NCBI GenBank assembly: GCA_903842795.1
Contig: CAIMNJ010000011.1
Span: 3,166 to 67,165, forward strand
DNA: 64,000 nt
Source: an uncultured bacterium
GTDB lineage: Bacteria; Patescibacteriota; Microgenomatia; UBA1400; PJMF01
Direction of reading: 5' to 3'
In this document: piece by piece, positions 26,060 through 35,902 of the stretch
Layout: each line of letters begins with the position of its first letter
How positions within the stretch are numbered: position 1 is the stretch's first letter
Notes under the pieces: generated by a model
What the model was told of the DNA's origin: nothing
What the model saw: the letters and a program-made list of their open reading frames with translations, nothing else
The model's database searches: none
Made by a program: the position numbers and the translations under genes

Positions 26060-28060
26060 TTATAATGCCCTTTCTTCCATTTTTTTCTTCAATTCTCTAA
26101 TTTTATCACCAAAGAAGCTTCTCATGTACCAAATAGATTGTTTTGGATGTTTTAAACAATACTCAATATTTCTTTTACAGTCTGGAGCGAAATAAATATT
26201 CAGATTTTCTTCCCAACCATCTTTTTCAATCCTAATCTTGCTAGAAATTGGTTTGCTACTAATAAAGTCTAAAAAAACCATTCCGTTCTGGCCACTTTGT
26301 GTTTTAATTTCAACCTTTTCAACTTCAGGTTCACTGGATATGTTTGGTTTAGAATTAATGCTTATGGGGTACCCATATTCATCTTTTGGAAACAAAACAA
26401 GTCTCACTGGGTTGCGGTTAGCTACAGCATAAACATTATTTTTGTATATATATGTTTTTTCTAAGCTTATTTTATGCTCGCTTAATTCTGGAAATAATAT
26501 TGGATAGTGTCTAATTCTTGCATTTTCAATTAAATTTTCTTGATTTTTTTTACTAAAAATATATTTTTTTAAATCATTTTTTTCATCAACTTCCTTTATT
26601 TCCCACAAATTGTCTTTTTTAATATTTTCTAATAATTTGTTTTGAGTCTGATCTATAAAATTTTTAGTTATTGAAAAGCTTTCACGATCAAGTTTCGCGA
26701 TAATTGAATTTTTTAATGAAAAAACAATTTCATTATTAATTTCATTAACCAACAGGTCATCTGAATTGATGTTTTTTGTCAAAAGTATTCTTGTTGGTTC
26801 TAAAGTTGTATTTTTTGTTTTTACTAAGGAGTCATTGAATAAAAAATCAAAGTTTTGACTTTGATCATTAAAGCCATAACGTGATCCATCAATGATAAAT
26901 GGCACTATCCACCATCCCATTTTTTTTGCCGAGCTATTGTTGTATGGGTCAGTAAAATCTTCATCATAAAATCTCAAATCACTAATGAATAATTCTTTTC
27001 CACTCAATCTAATTCTTATTTGGTATTTTGGAGTGGTTATCCACCATGCTTTTTCATTTGGATTTTCTTGATCTTGGCCGCTATATACTAAAACATCTTT
27101 ATTTTTTGGATTTTTTGATTTAAAACTTTCCGCAAATTCAGATGCTGTTAATACTTGATGCTCAGTTTTTTCACTTTGCCATTTTTTAACAAATTTTAGT
27201 TGATTTAAAAACTCATCTTGAATTTCCGTAGGCATTGAGTTTTCTAATCCAATGAGAGAAAAAGTATCCTGATTATTTATTTGCGAATGGGCTTGTAAAA
27301 AAAGATGCTGAAAATAATCAAATTTAGCTTTTCTACGAATGTAGTCATTCGGTTGAGAAGTAAATGAGCTTGTTTTATCTCCATAGTTGTAAACTGGGTC
27401 AGTTATTGTTTGTCTGACAATAATGAGGGAGTCGTTGTCATTACTGGGAATCATTGCCCATTGTTTGCTTGGATAATATGGATAATGCACAGGTCCACCA
27501 TAAAGCGTATAAGAGTCTACGCCCATTTGTTCTCTTGTAATTTGTTGCACGTTAATATGATATTTTGTTTTAAGTAGGTTTAATGATGCTGAGTCAATCA
27601 TCCACGCAGTATTTGTTTTAGGAAAAAAATCAAATGTTTTTTTAAAAAGTTCCATGTAAGTGTCTATAATTTTTTCTCTTTCTTCTTGATCATATCCGAT
27701 TAGGTAGACATATTGAGCTTCATACCAATTAGAAGTGCTACCACTGTAAATTACTCCAGCGTCTTTTGCTAATTCTGGAGTAATTTCCAAAAATGAACCA
27801 ATTTCTATTAATTTGTTGTTTTGGTATTTTTTAATTAAATTAGTAAAATCTTTATTTTTTAGTACGTCATATCTTAAAGAGAATGTGGTTGGTAGTTGAA
27901 GTTTTATCGCTGACTCTATTTGTAGTTTTAAACTTTTTATATTTCCAACATCACAGCATTCGGTTCCACGTACTTGATTAATAATAATTGTTGAATTTGT
28001 TTGAGCAGATATAATCTCTTTAGAGCTAAAGAACAATAATATAAAAAATAGAAAGAGCAT
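26060..28060 (-). CDS. Large secreted hypothetical protein (666 aa)
   Basis: N-terminal signal peptide 'MLFLFFILLFFSSKEIISAQT'. Rich in Asn/Lys/Tyr, with no recognisable catalytic motif. Confidence 0.5.
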   Translation of the reverse strand: MLFLFFILLFFSSKEIISAQTNSTIIINQVRGTECCDVGNIKSLKLQIESAIKLQLPTTFSLRYDVLKNKDFTNLIKKYQNNKLIEIGSFLEITPELAKDAGVIYSGSTSNWYEAQYVYLIGYDQEEREKIIDTYMELFKKTFDFFPKTNTAWMIDSASLNLLKTKYHINVQQITREQMGVDSYTLYGGPVHYPYYPSKQWAMIPSNDNDSLIIVRQTITDPVYNYGDKTSSFTSQPNDYIRRKAKFDYFQHLFLQAHSQINNQDTFSLIGLENSMPTEIQDEFLNQLKFVKKWQSEKTEHQVLTASEFAESFKSKNPKNKDVLVYSGQDQENPNEKAWWITTPKYQIRIRLSGKELFISDLRFYDEDFTDPYNNSSAKKMGWWIVPFIIDGSRYGFNDQSQNFDFLFNDSLVKTKNTTLEPTRILLTKNINSDDLLVNEINNEIVFSLKNSIIAKLDRESFSITKNFIDQTQNKLLENIKKDNLWEIKEVDEKNDLKKYIFSKKNQENLIENARIRHYPILFPELSEHKISLEKTYIYKNNVYAVANRNPVRLVLFPKDEYGYPISINSKPNISSEPEVEKVEIKTQSGQNGMVFLDFISSKPISSKIRIEKDGWEENLNIYFAPDCKRNIEYCLKHPKQSIWYMRSFFGDKIRELKKKMEERAL

Positions 28061-28165
28061 AATTAATTGCTTTTTATTTTATCAAATTGATTTTTCTTTA
28101 CGAGTTTATTTTTTTAAATCCCACTCTCCACACTTTTTAGTTTTATGGTAAAATAACCCTCTGTT

Positions 28166-28378
28166 ATGAAAATCAATTTGCACAACTATTCTAAAATTGC
28201 CAGTTTTGGCCACAATGTTTCTCATGCCAAAAACCGTACCAGAAGAGGTTTCAAGTATAACTTGCATTCAGTAACCATTTTGGTCAATGGTCTTAAGAAA
28301 AAAGTTCAGGTTCCAACTAGAGTTCTCAAGCAACTCAAAAAATTGGGCATAACCACCCACTTCAAGAAAGCTGCTTAA
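28166..28378 (+). CDS. rpmB: Ribosomal protein L28
   Basis: 'SFGHNVSHAKNRTRRGFKYNLHSVTILVNG...KVQVPTRVLKQL' matches the L28 'GNNVSHSNRRTKRRF.PNLQ.V...G' pattern. Confidence 0.85.
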   Translation: MKINLHNYSKIASFGHNVSHAKNRTRRGFKYNLHSVTILVNGLKKKVQVPTRVLKQLKKLGITTHFKKAA

Positions 28379-28389
28379 TAGCTTTCTCT

Positions 28390-29385
28390 TTAGGATTTAA
28401 GGATATTTTTGCACTCGTTCCAAGTGCATAGGTTTTTGCCTTCTATTTGCACTTGGTCCAAAATCAAAACCTCATTTTCTTTGTGGCAGGCCAAAATTTT
28501 CATTCTTTTTTCGCCATTTGTAGTTGGGATGATGGTCCACAAATTTGGCCAAGGAGAAAAGGCAAGACTAGCATTTTTGATAAGAGTAATTTGCTTTGAT
28601 TTGTTTTCGCAAATGTTTTGATTATTTAGTAAATCAGTTAGAAGTCCGGGATTGTTTTCTTCAGTCTCTTCAATTTTGGTCTTTTGTTGCTCATTCATTA
28701 GTCTGAGTAGATTGGTCCAAGAAACGAAACTATCTTCTTTGCTTAGACGACGCGCGACCATAGTTGGGCTATTGTCTGGTTGAATAATTGGTTGGATTTT
28801 TTTGTTGGCAAAGTCATTGATTAAGTCAGCCAGTTTTTCTTTTATCAAAGCAAAGGCTGCCTGGTAATATTCGTTTTGAGTCCAATTCTGTTTTAAAGTA
28901 AATGGCAATTGTGTCAAAATTGGTCCCTGATCCAGAGAAGAATTCATTATCATTAGGGTAATTGCTGACTCTAGACTATTTTGATCTAAATCCTGAAAAA
29001 GAATGCAAAACTGACCAGGAGAACTGCCTCGCCATTTGGGTAGAAGAGAAGGATGAATATTAAGTGGAGCAATTTTTGGTAATTTTAATAGCCAATTTGG
29101 AATAAAATAACCAAAATCAACCACTAATAAGAAGTCAATTTCTCCATTTTGCTCAAATTCTTTGAGTAAACTACGATTAATTTTTTGTTCCACCAAAAAT
29201 GTTTTAATCTTGTTTTCTTGTGACCAGACATGTAAAGGATTTTGAATCAACTCTTTTTTTCTACCGACTGTTTTTGGTGTGGGCGAGAGAGTCCAAGTAA
29301 TTTCAAAACGGTCATCTTTTGCCAAAGCTTTGGCCATTGAGACGGTATTGTTGGTTGAGCCGGCAATAGCGATTCTGTATTTCAT
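28390..29385 (-). CDS. fmt: Methionyl-tRNA formyltransferase
   Basis: 'NIHPSLLPKWRGSSP' matches the Fmt 'HASLLPRWRGAAPI' signature; immediately downstream of def. Confidence 0.9.
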   Translation of the reverse strand: MKYRIAIAGSTNNTVSMAKALAKDDRFEITWTLSPTPKTVGRKKELIQNPLHVWSQENKIKTFLVEQKINRSLLKEFEQNGEIDFLLVVDFGYFIPNWLLKLPKIAPLNIHPSLLPKWRGSSPGQFCILFQDLDQNSLESAITLMIMNSSLDQGPILTQLPFTLKQNWTQNEYYQAAFALIKEKLADLINDFANKKIQPIIQPDNSPTMVARRLSKEDSFVSWTNLLRLMNEQQKTKIEETEENNPGLLTDLLNNQNICENKSKQITLIKNASLAFSPWPNLWTIIPTTNGEKRMKILACHKENEVLILDQVQIEGKNLCTWNECKNILKS

Positions 29386-29389
29386 TGGA

Positions 29390-29983
29390 TTAAAGTAGAC
29401 TCAAAATTTCTTTTTTGTTTTTTATTTCCACCCATTGTCCATCCTCATCAATATAAACTGGCAATTTATTTTTCAAAATCAAATCAGTAAAGAGAATTCC
29501 ATTGAGGTGGTCATATTCGTGTTGAATAACTCTAGCATCAAAATCTTTGAAAAGTGCTTTTTTAAGACTTGGTTGAGTTTGCTTTTTTAAGTCTAAAGTA
29601 TTGAGACTTAGATATTCAATTTCCACCCATTCATAACGTGGAACTGGTCCGTAGAGTAAAGGAATTGACAGACATCCTTCGAATCTTTCTGAGCCATCAG
29701 CTGCTCCAAGAATTTTATTGGTGCTATTTTTGGTGATTTTTGGATTAATAAAAAATTCCACGACTGGTTTTTTACTATCTTGGTTTTTTTCACCTAAAAT
29801 AGCAGCAAAAACTCGCACAGATTTATTGACTTGAGGTGCAGCTAAACCAACACCTTTTGGATGTTCTTTTTTGATCAGAGTTTGTGCTAAATCTTCAAGA
29901 AATTTAAAGAATTTTTTATCAAAAACAGTTACCTCTTTGGCAATTTGACGCAGTGTTGGATGTGGAGCAGTAATAATTTTCAT
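29390..29983 (-). CDS. def: Peptide deformylase
   Basis: 'GVGLAAPQV' (motif II), 'EGCLSIP' (motif I) and 'QHEYDHLNG' (HExxH motif III). Confidence 0.9.
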   Translation of the reverse strand: MKIITAPHPTLRQIAKEVTVFDKKFFKFLEDLAQTLIKKEHPKGVGLAAPQVNKSVRVFAAILGEKNQDSKKPVVEFFINPKITKNSTNKILGAADGSERFEGCLSIPLLYGPVPRYEWVEIEYLSLNTLDLKKQTQPSLKKALFKDFDARVIQHEYDHLNGILFTDLILKNKLPVYIDEDGQWVEIKNKKEILSLL

Positions 29984-30039
29984 TTCTTATAAGCCTATTA
30001 TATAACAAGATGTGTTTTGAGTGACGGTTGGGTATGATT

Positions 30040-30864
30040 TTAAAGAAAATTTTGTGATAAATTTTCTTCAATTAACTTAATCAGCTCTGGATTGCTATTG
30101 AGCACAAGCAGGTGATTGGCTTGCTTAATTGTCTCTAGCCTTGAATTTTTTAGGTTTTTTTGCAATTCTTTGGCTATTTTAATAGGGAAGACATTATCTT
30201 TTTCTCCATGAATCAATAAAACTGGTTGTTTGATTGTTGGAATTTGTTTAGAAAAGTTGATACTAACTACTTCTCTAGAAATATACAGATAACTTTTTGG
30301 TGAAGTGTGAAAAACATCAGAGCAAATTCTTATTGGGTTGAAATCTCCAGATTTTTTGTATTTAGCATAAGATGGGTATTTTTTTAGATAAAAATGAGGA
30401 AGAAAATCCACGATTTTTAAAATAAAAGCTTTGAAAGGGAAGTATTTGTAAAATATGCGAGATAAATTTGGAGCTTTATATGAAACGCTCATTAATACCA
30501 AGGATTTTATTAGTTTTTGGTGTTCGGTAGCGAGTTTAAGAGAAATAATGCCACCAAAACAATGACCGAGGAGAGTCACATTCTTGGCTTTTTCTTTTTC
30601 AATAACTGCCACAATATCTTCTATAAAAACATTCAAATCGTGTTGGAAGGCTTTTTTTGGTCTAGTTGATTTGCCATGAGCTCGGAGATCAATGTTGATT
30701 ATTTTAAAATTTTTCTTTTGAAAATGGGCGACTAGAGGATCGAAAGCACGCAAGCAACCGCCAAAGCCATGTACAAAAACAAATGTTCTTGTTGGCTTAT
30801 TCCCCTCAAAAACTTCATAATGAATTTTGACACCGTCTTTACTTTGAATATCTTTTTGGATCAT
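30040..30864 (-). CDS. Alpha/beta-hydrolase fold protein (Cys at the nucleophile-elbow position)
   Basis: 'FVFVHGFGG' oxyanion region; nucleophile elbow 'LLGHCFGG' (G-H-C-F-G); a downstream 'IHGEKD' is typical of this fold. Confidence 0.7.
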   Translation of the reverse strand: MIQKDIQSKDGVKIHYEVFEGNKPTRTFVFVHGFGGCLRAFDPLVAHFQKKNFKIINIDLRAHGKSTRPKKAFQHDLNVFIEDIVAVIEKEKAKNVTLLGHCFGGIISLKLATEHQKLIKSLVLMSVSYKAPNLSRIFYKYFPFKAFILKIVDFLPHFYLKKYPSYAKYKKSGDFNPIRICSDVFHTSPKSYLYISREVVSINFSKQIPTIKQPVLLIHGEKDNVFPIKIAKELQKNLKNSRLETIKQANHLLVLNSNPELIKLIEENLSQNFL

Positions 30865-30878
30865 TACTCAGTATTTTA

Positions 30879-33068
30879 CTACTTTGTCTTAGAGCTGATG
30901 CTTGCTTCAACAATTTTTAATTTTTCTTTGACAAGCTCATCGTTTGGCGCAATTTTTTCTAGGCTGTAAACATATTGTTCTTTGGCTTTAGTAAGTTCAC
31001 CAAGATTAAAATACATACGTGCCAATTCACCTCTAGCTTGCAAATAATTGCTCTTAATCGCCACAGCATATTCCATTTTTTGTAAAGCTTTTTGTTTTTC
31101 TCCCATGATTTCTAAAACCAGAGCAAGATTGTAATAAAGCTTGGCATCTGTAGGCGAAAGACTAATGGCTTTTTCTAGAGATTGCTCTGCATAGGAGTAG
31201 AGTCTGGGATCTAGCTGTCCAAGTCTAATGTATATGCGAGCTTGGCTTTTATAAAAATTTAAGTGCACAGGATTTAGTTCAATGGCAATGCGATTGCTCT
31301 CAATTGCGCTTTGTGCTAGTTGAGTGCTAACGGTTGCTTGTTTTTCATTGGCAAAAGCAACGCTGAGTTGAGAGTAATCTCCGCCCAATTCATCGTAAAA
31401 AAAAGCTTCTTTGGGTGCTTTTTGAATAGCTTTTTGAATGGCTGGCAAACCACTTTGATAATTTCCTTTTTCAAACGCATTTTGGCCCAAAGTAAATAAA
31501 TAATCAGCTTGCCAAATTAACCAAACTTTGTTGATTAAAATAAGAGCAAAAAGCAAAACTCCTGCATAAATATAGTATTCGTTGTTTGGTAATTTTTCCT
31601 GTAATTCAATTTTTTTACTTTCATTTATATCCGCATCTTTATTTGTTTTTTCTTCCAAAATTATGATTCCAAAAAAGCCGAATAAGAGTAAATTGGTAAC
31701 TACCGTAGAAAAACCAAAAAAATTAGAAACAAACATTGCTAAAATGCCACCCAACATTGCAATTAGTTCACTCTGATCTTTTTTGTTAAAAAAATGTTTT
31801 ATGCCGAGATAAAAGGTGGCTACAAATAATGATAAGTAGGTCAAAAGTCCAAAAGCTCCAGAGTTAGCTAAAAAATTTAATAATTCATTGTGTGCTTTGT
31901 TGTATAAAAAATCCCATTCAGAAACTAAATTATGTTCTACTGGGCGGTCTAGATAGTAACTATAGGCAAAAGTTTCCACTCCAGAACCAAAGATTGGGTA
32001 ACGCTGCCAAACTTTAATAGCTCCACTCCATACTATTTTTCTAATCTCTTCTGATGGGGTACCTCCCACTTGAATCTCCTGTTTGCTTTCTTGAACATTG
32101 ACTGTTGGATGATTTTTATTAAATAAGTCAGCGATTTTTGGAGTATATGGAGTGCCAAAAATCGCAGTTAAGACCAACATAATCAAGCCAATGCTGCCAA
32201 TTTTAATTAGATTGGCAGCGCGATCTTTTTGGTTGGCGAAGATTTTAAGTAAGACATAAAAACCAAAACCAATTCCAAGTCCTAGTAAGCCTGATCTAGA
32301 CTTAGTGAACAAGAGAACAGTGACGCTAACAATTAGAACTAGAAACAAGTAAAATTTGCTCCACGTTTTTTTCTCTTTTAGAATTTTGTCGACATTAAGT
32401 GGAATGATGGTGATCAAAAAAGCAGCAAGCCAATTTGGTTGGCCAAAAGTGGCAAAAACCCTGTTTTGCACATCTTGAACCCAGCAACTCACATCAGTTT
32501 TTTTGGCTACAAGATAGCAGCTAGGTGAGTGACCAAAATGCTCTGGAATAGCATAGAGTCCAACCATTAGAGCGGATAGAAACAAGCTATTATAGATAGC
32601 TCCAACTTGTTTTTTCTTAATATTAGAGACAAAGGCATAGTATAAGGTGATGTAAGTAATAGTTGAGAGTAATCCGCCATTAAATCTAGTGTAATAACCA
32701 AACCAAGAGGTGCGAGTGTGCAAAGAAAAAACAGTAGAAATGACTTGTGAGGCCAAAAAGGCCAATAAAAAATAATCAAATTTGCTTCTTTTGAAAATAA
32801 TCCTTTTTTCTACAATCATTCTAATAATCCACAAGCTTCCCAGAATGATGGTTATCAAGTAAACGAAAAGCATTTTGCTAAATTCAAATAACTCTTGGTT
32901 CATCCAGGTGAAGATAAAAGGAGTTAGAAAGAAAAGTAGATTAAAATTTACCAGAATCAATCTTTGTAGGATTTGGGAGAACTTTTGACGATTAACTTGC
33001 ATAATTAATTGTGCTAAATTGAGATTGTACAGTATTTTTGTTTTTTGTGTCTTTATTTTATTAGTCAA
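30879..33068 (-). CDS. O-antigen-ligase-like polytopic membrane protein with C-terminal TPR repeats
   Basis: ~12 predicted TM segments, including a Wzy_C-like 'KSRSGLLGLGIGFGFYVL'. The C-terminal ~200 aa hold TPR-like helical repeats such as 'YYNLALVLEIMGEKQKALQKMEYAVAIKSNYLQARGELARMYFNLGE'. Confidence 0.65.
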   Translation of the reverse strand: MTNKIKTQKTKILYNLNLAQLIMQVNRQKFSQILQRLILVNFNLLFFLTPFIFTWMNQELFEFSKMLFVYLITIILGSLWIIRMIVEKRIIFKRSKFDYFLLAFLASQVISTVFSLHTRTSWFGYYTRFNGGLLSTITYITLYYAFVSNIKKKQVGAIYNSLFLSALMVGLYAIPEHFGHSPSCYLVAKKTDVSCWVQDVQNRVFATFGQPNWLAAFLITIIPLNVDKILKEKKTWSKFYLFLVLIVSVTVLLFTKSRSGLLGLGIGFGFYVLLKIFANQKDRAANLIKIGSIGLIMLVLTAIFGTPYTPKIADLFNKNHPTVNVQESKQEIQVGGTPSEEIRKIVWSGAIKVWQRYPIFGSGVETFAYSYYLDRPVEHNLVSEWDFLYNKAHNELLNFLANSGAFGLLTYLSLFVATFYLGIKHFFNKKDQSELIAMLGGILAMFVSNFFGFSTVVTNLLLFGFFGIIILEEKTNKDADINESKKIELQEKLPNNEYYIYAGVLLFALILINKVWLIWQADYLFTLGQNAFEKGNYQSGLPAIQKAIQKAPKEAFFYDELGGDYSQLSVAFANEKQATVSTQLAQSAIESNRIAIELNPVHLNFYKSQARIYIRLGQLDPRLYSYAEQSLEKAISLSPTDAKLYYNLALVLEIMGEKQKALQKMEYAVAIKSNYLQARGELARMYFNLGELTKAKEQYVYSLEKIAPNDELVKEKLKIVEASISSKTK

Positions 33069-33087
33069 AAATACATGGAGCCTGCCT

Positions 33088-34056
33088 ATGATCCAAATTC
33101 AAGACGATTCCGTCAATCAAACTGTTGCATCAGCACCAACTGATCCTGTTGTTCCCAGTGTTCAGCCTGTTCAATCAACTCAATCAACTCAGCCAACTGA
33201 AACAGTGGATTCTTCTGTCAAAGATCAAAGAACTGCAGAGATAGATCAGCTTTTAGCTGAATTGGACAAGCTCTCAAAGAATTTGGAGGACAAGCCAAAG
33301 TCATCTGAGCCAGTTAGACAAGAAGTTTCAGCTGAATCAAAAACTGAAGTGGTGGAGAAAGCAGCTCCGGTTGTTGATGCGGCTTCATCCGACACTTCTT
33401 CTGGTGAAGAAGAGAAATTTGATTTTGACTCTTTCCTTACAGATCTTGAGAAAAAAATTGATGCTGAAAGTAAGAAAAACCAATCCAATGCACAGGAATC
33501 TCAAATAGAAGACTTTAGGAAGAATCGTCCAGTTCCAGAAATTCAAAATGATGATAAGCCTGAAGAGCTTGTTTTCAAAAAAGCTGAGACTGTGGATTTA
33601 AATGCTAAAGATGATGAATTTGAGACTTCAGAAGAACTAAAAGCTCAAAATGTTTTTGATATGCTTGGTTTGATGAGTATTAGTGACGCAGACAAAAATC
33701 AATTCTTAGATGAGCTTGAAGACATGATTTGGGATGATTTTATTTTGCATGATTTAGAGCTTTTGCTTACAAGTGAAGAGTACGTCAAGGCGCGCCAAAT
33801 TTTAGACGATTCCGCTAAAGATGAAGCAGCCAAAAAAGAAGCCCTTATTGTTTATTTGGAAGGTTTTGTTCCAGATTTAGATGAGGTTTTATATGAAAAA
33901 GCCTTGGAACTAAAATCAGAGATGATGGGAGAGCGTCTCAATAAGATGAAAGAGGGTGCCAGCGAAGAAGTCTTGGCCAAGATTAAAGAAGCTGAGGAGT
34001 TGATAAGTCAAAATCTTTGGAGATCTGCTTCAGCTTTGTTAAATAAATTGTCTTAG
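33088..34056 (+). CDS. Acidic hypothetical protein
   Basis: Start is taken at MIQIQDD to avoid overlap with the convergent gene. Highly D/E-rich, with no motifs recognised. Confidence 0.45.
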   Translation: MIQIQDDSVNQTVASAPTDPVVPSVQPVQSTQSTQPTETVDSSVKDQRTAEIDQLLAELDKLSKNLEDKPKSSEPVRQEVSAESKTEVVEKAAPVVDAASSDTSSGEEEKFDFDSFLTDLEKKIDAESKKNQSNAQESQIEDFRKNRPVPEIQNDDKPEELVFKKAETVDLNAKDDEFETSEELKAQNVFDMLGLMSISDADKNQFLDELEDMIWDDFILHDLELLLTSEEYVKARQILDDSAKDEAAKKEALIVYLEGFVPDLDEVLYEKALELKSEMMGERLNKMKEGASEEVLAKIKEAEELISQNLWRSASALLNKLS

Positions 34057-34095
34057 TCTTTAAGTTTGCTATCAAAAATGTAGTAGAATCTATTC

Positions 34096-34767
34096 TTGAT
34101 GAGCCTATTTTCTGTTCCAAAAAAACTGAGTTTTCTTGATTTTAAACACCTATTATTAGTTGATTTAAATAGTAGTGGACTATTTTTTTATTTAGCCAAA
34201 GATGTAAAAGACTTGGCTTCAATTGATTTCTCCAATTTAACTTTATTAAAAGCTGTCTCAACAAATGAAGCTTGTAAATCAAATTTATTGGCAGATGATA
34301 AGGTTTTTGCCAAATTATTGGATGTTAATTTAAAGTCTTTTGATTTAGATCATTATGCTATGGTTTTTTTAGTTGCTCATGATTTTAGCCAATTAGAAAA
34401 GAAATTTATTAAAGAAGCAGTCCCTTTTTTGGTGAAAAATCTTTTTGTTGGTCGTCACTTTTTTTATAATTTTTATCTCATGCAAAAAAGAAACTTTTCC
34501 AAAGTCAAGTTTATTATTAGTTTATTTGACGATTGCGCTGAACTCAGTCTTTTTGATCAAGATAAATTACTGGCTAGCGATAGAGTTTTTTTGCGTAATT
34601 TGGCACTGGAGAGCAAAGATTTCTACAACAGTGCAAAAGAGAAGTTTGCTTTTGATAATCCAGATTGTTTTTACTTTTTTACCAACAACTTGGCAAAAAA
34701 ACCAAAAGCAGGGGATTTAGCCAAGTACTTAAAACTTGAAGCAGTAGAAGTTAAAGAATTATGTTAA
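34096..34767 (+). CDS. Hypothetical protein upstream of mreC
   Basis: 223 aa, no motifs; overlaps the mreC start by 7 nt, which suggests an operon. Confidence 0.45.
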   Translation: MMSLFSVPKKLSFLDFKHLLLVDLNSSGLFFYLAKDVKDLASIDFSNLTLLKAVSTNEACKSNLLADDKVFAKLLDVNLKSFDLDHYAMVFLVAHDFSQLEKKFIKEAVPFLVKNLFVGRHFFYNFYLMQKRNFSKVKFIISLFDDCAELSLFDQDKLLASDRVFLRNLALESKDFYNSAKEKFAFDNPDCFYFFTNNLAKKPKAGDLAKYLKLEAVEVKELC

Positions 34768-35522
34768 ATGAAAAAAATAAACAGTACTTTATTGCTGTCT
34801 TATTTGTGTTTTTCTTATTTTTTTTACAATTTTTAAATTTTCTCAATTTGTCATTTTTCGATAATCTTGCCAATTTGTGGAAGGAAAAAAATTTTGTTTT
34901 TTTACAGAAGATTGCCTATCCATTTAATCGATTTGCCAAGCTTTGGAAGTTAACTGCCAAGTTGGAAGATTTGCAATATAGGTACAGTGAGGCTGCTGCT
35001 CAGGCAATTAGAGTCAAAGAGTTGGAAAAAGAAAATCAGGAACTACACAAAATTTTAGAAAACAGTGATCGAACTTATAGTCAAGTTGTAATTGCTGCGC
35101 CAGTTATTTCTTTTGCTCAAAGTTTTGTAGCGACTGGCTCGCAATCAGGAATTAAGTCCGGATCCGCTGTTTTATATAAAGGAACATTGCTTGGTTTAAT
35201 TGATGAGGTAGAAGAGAGGCAGGCTTCTGTCATTTTGCTTTCACAAATGTTTGATAGGAGTTTGCTAGCAGAAACAAACACAGGAATAAAAGGTCTGGTC
35301 AAGGGAAATGGTAGGGAAGTGATCCTCACAGAGATTGCTAATGATGCTAATTTAGAAGTTGGTCAATTGGTTTTTACTTCTGCTCAAATTGGATTAGAAA
35401 ATGGCTTGTTGATTGGTAGGGTTAGCAAAATAAACAGCGTCAATCCTGCTTTGGCTACCAAAACTGCCACTATTGAACAAATGATTAATTTTTATGAAGT
35501 TAATTTGGTGGAAATCAAATGA
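34761..35522 (+). CDS. mreC: Rod-shape-determining protein MreC
   Basis: N-terminal TM, coiled coil 'LEDLQYRYSEAAAQAIRVKELEKENQELHKIL', then beta-rich repeats 'GLVKGNG...VGQLVFTS...GLLIGRV'. Confidence 0.75.
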   Translation: MLNEKNKQYFIAVLFVFFLFFLQFLNFLNLSFFDNLANLWKEKNFVFLQKIAYPFNRFAKLWKLTAKLEDLQYRYSEAAAQAIRVKELEKENQELHKILENSDRTYSQVVIAAPVISFAQSFVATGSQSGIKSGSAVLYKGTLLGLIDEVEERQASVILLSQMFDRSLLAETNTGIKGLVKGNGREVILTEIANDANLEVGQLVFTSAQIGLENGLLIGRVSKINSVNPALATKTATIEQMINFYEVNLVEIK

Positions 35523-35902
35523 AAGCTAAATTATTTTTATTACTACTAATTCTTGGCTTAGAGTCTAGTTTTGGTTTGCCTTTATTTTTTCTTTATTTGA
35601 GTTATTCTTTTATACATAAATATAGTGAAAAATATTTGCTGCTTTCTGTTTTTGTAACTTCTTTTCTTTTGGCAATTTTTTATTCTTTATCTTGGCCTAT
35701 ATTAGCCGCTTTGCTGCTTTTTTGTTTTTTTATTCACAAAAAAATAAAAGAAAAAATTGTCTGGCAGCTAATCTTATTTGTTTTAATCAATGCAGTAATT
35801 TTTATTTTGGCTGAGTTGAGGTTTAACTATTTTTATTTGTTCCATTTGCCAGTTTTTATGTTTTATCTGTATAAAGCCAACTTTAAAAAATATGCGGCTT
35901 AA
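35519..35902 (+). CDS. mreD: Rod-shape-determining protein MreD (small polytopic membrane protein)
   Basis: 127 aa, 4-5 TM segments; positioned between mreC and PBP2 and overlapping both. Confidence 0.5.
   Translation: MKAKLFLLLLILGLESSFGLPLFFLYLSYSFIHKYSEKYLLLSVFVTSFLLAIFYSLSWPILAALLLFCFFIHKKIKEKIVWQLILFVLINAVIFILAELRFNYFYLFHLPVFMFYLYKANFKKYAA

Noticed and set aside
34445-34720. Nested plus-strand ORF 34445..34720 within 34096..34767
   Set aside because: It is an alternative frame of the longer ORF, with no independent support.
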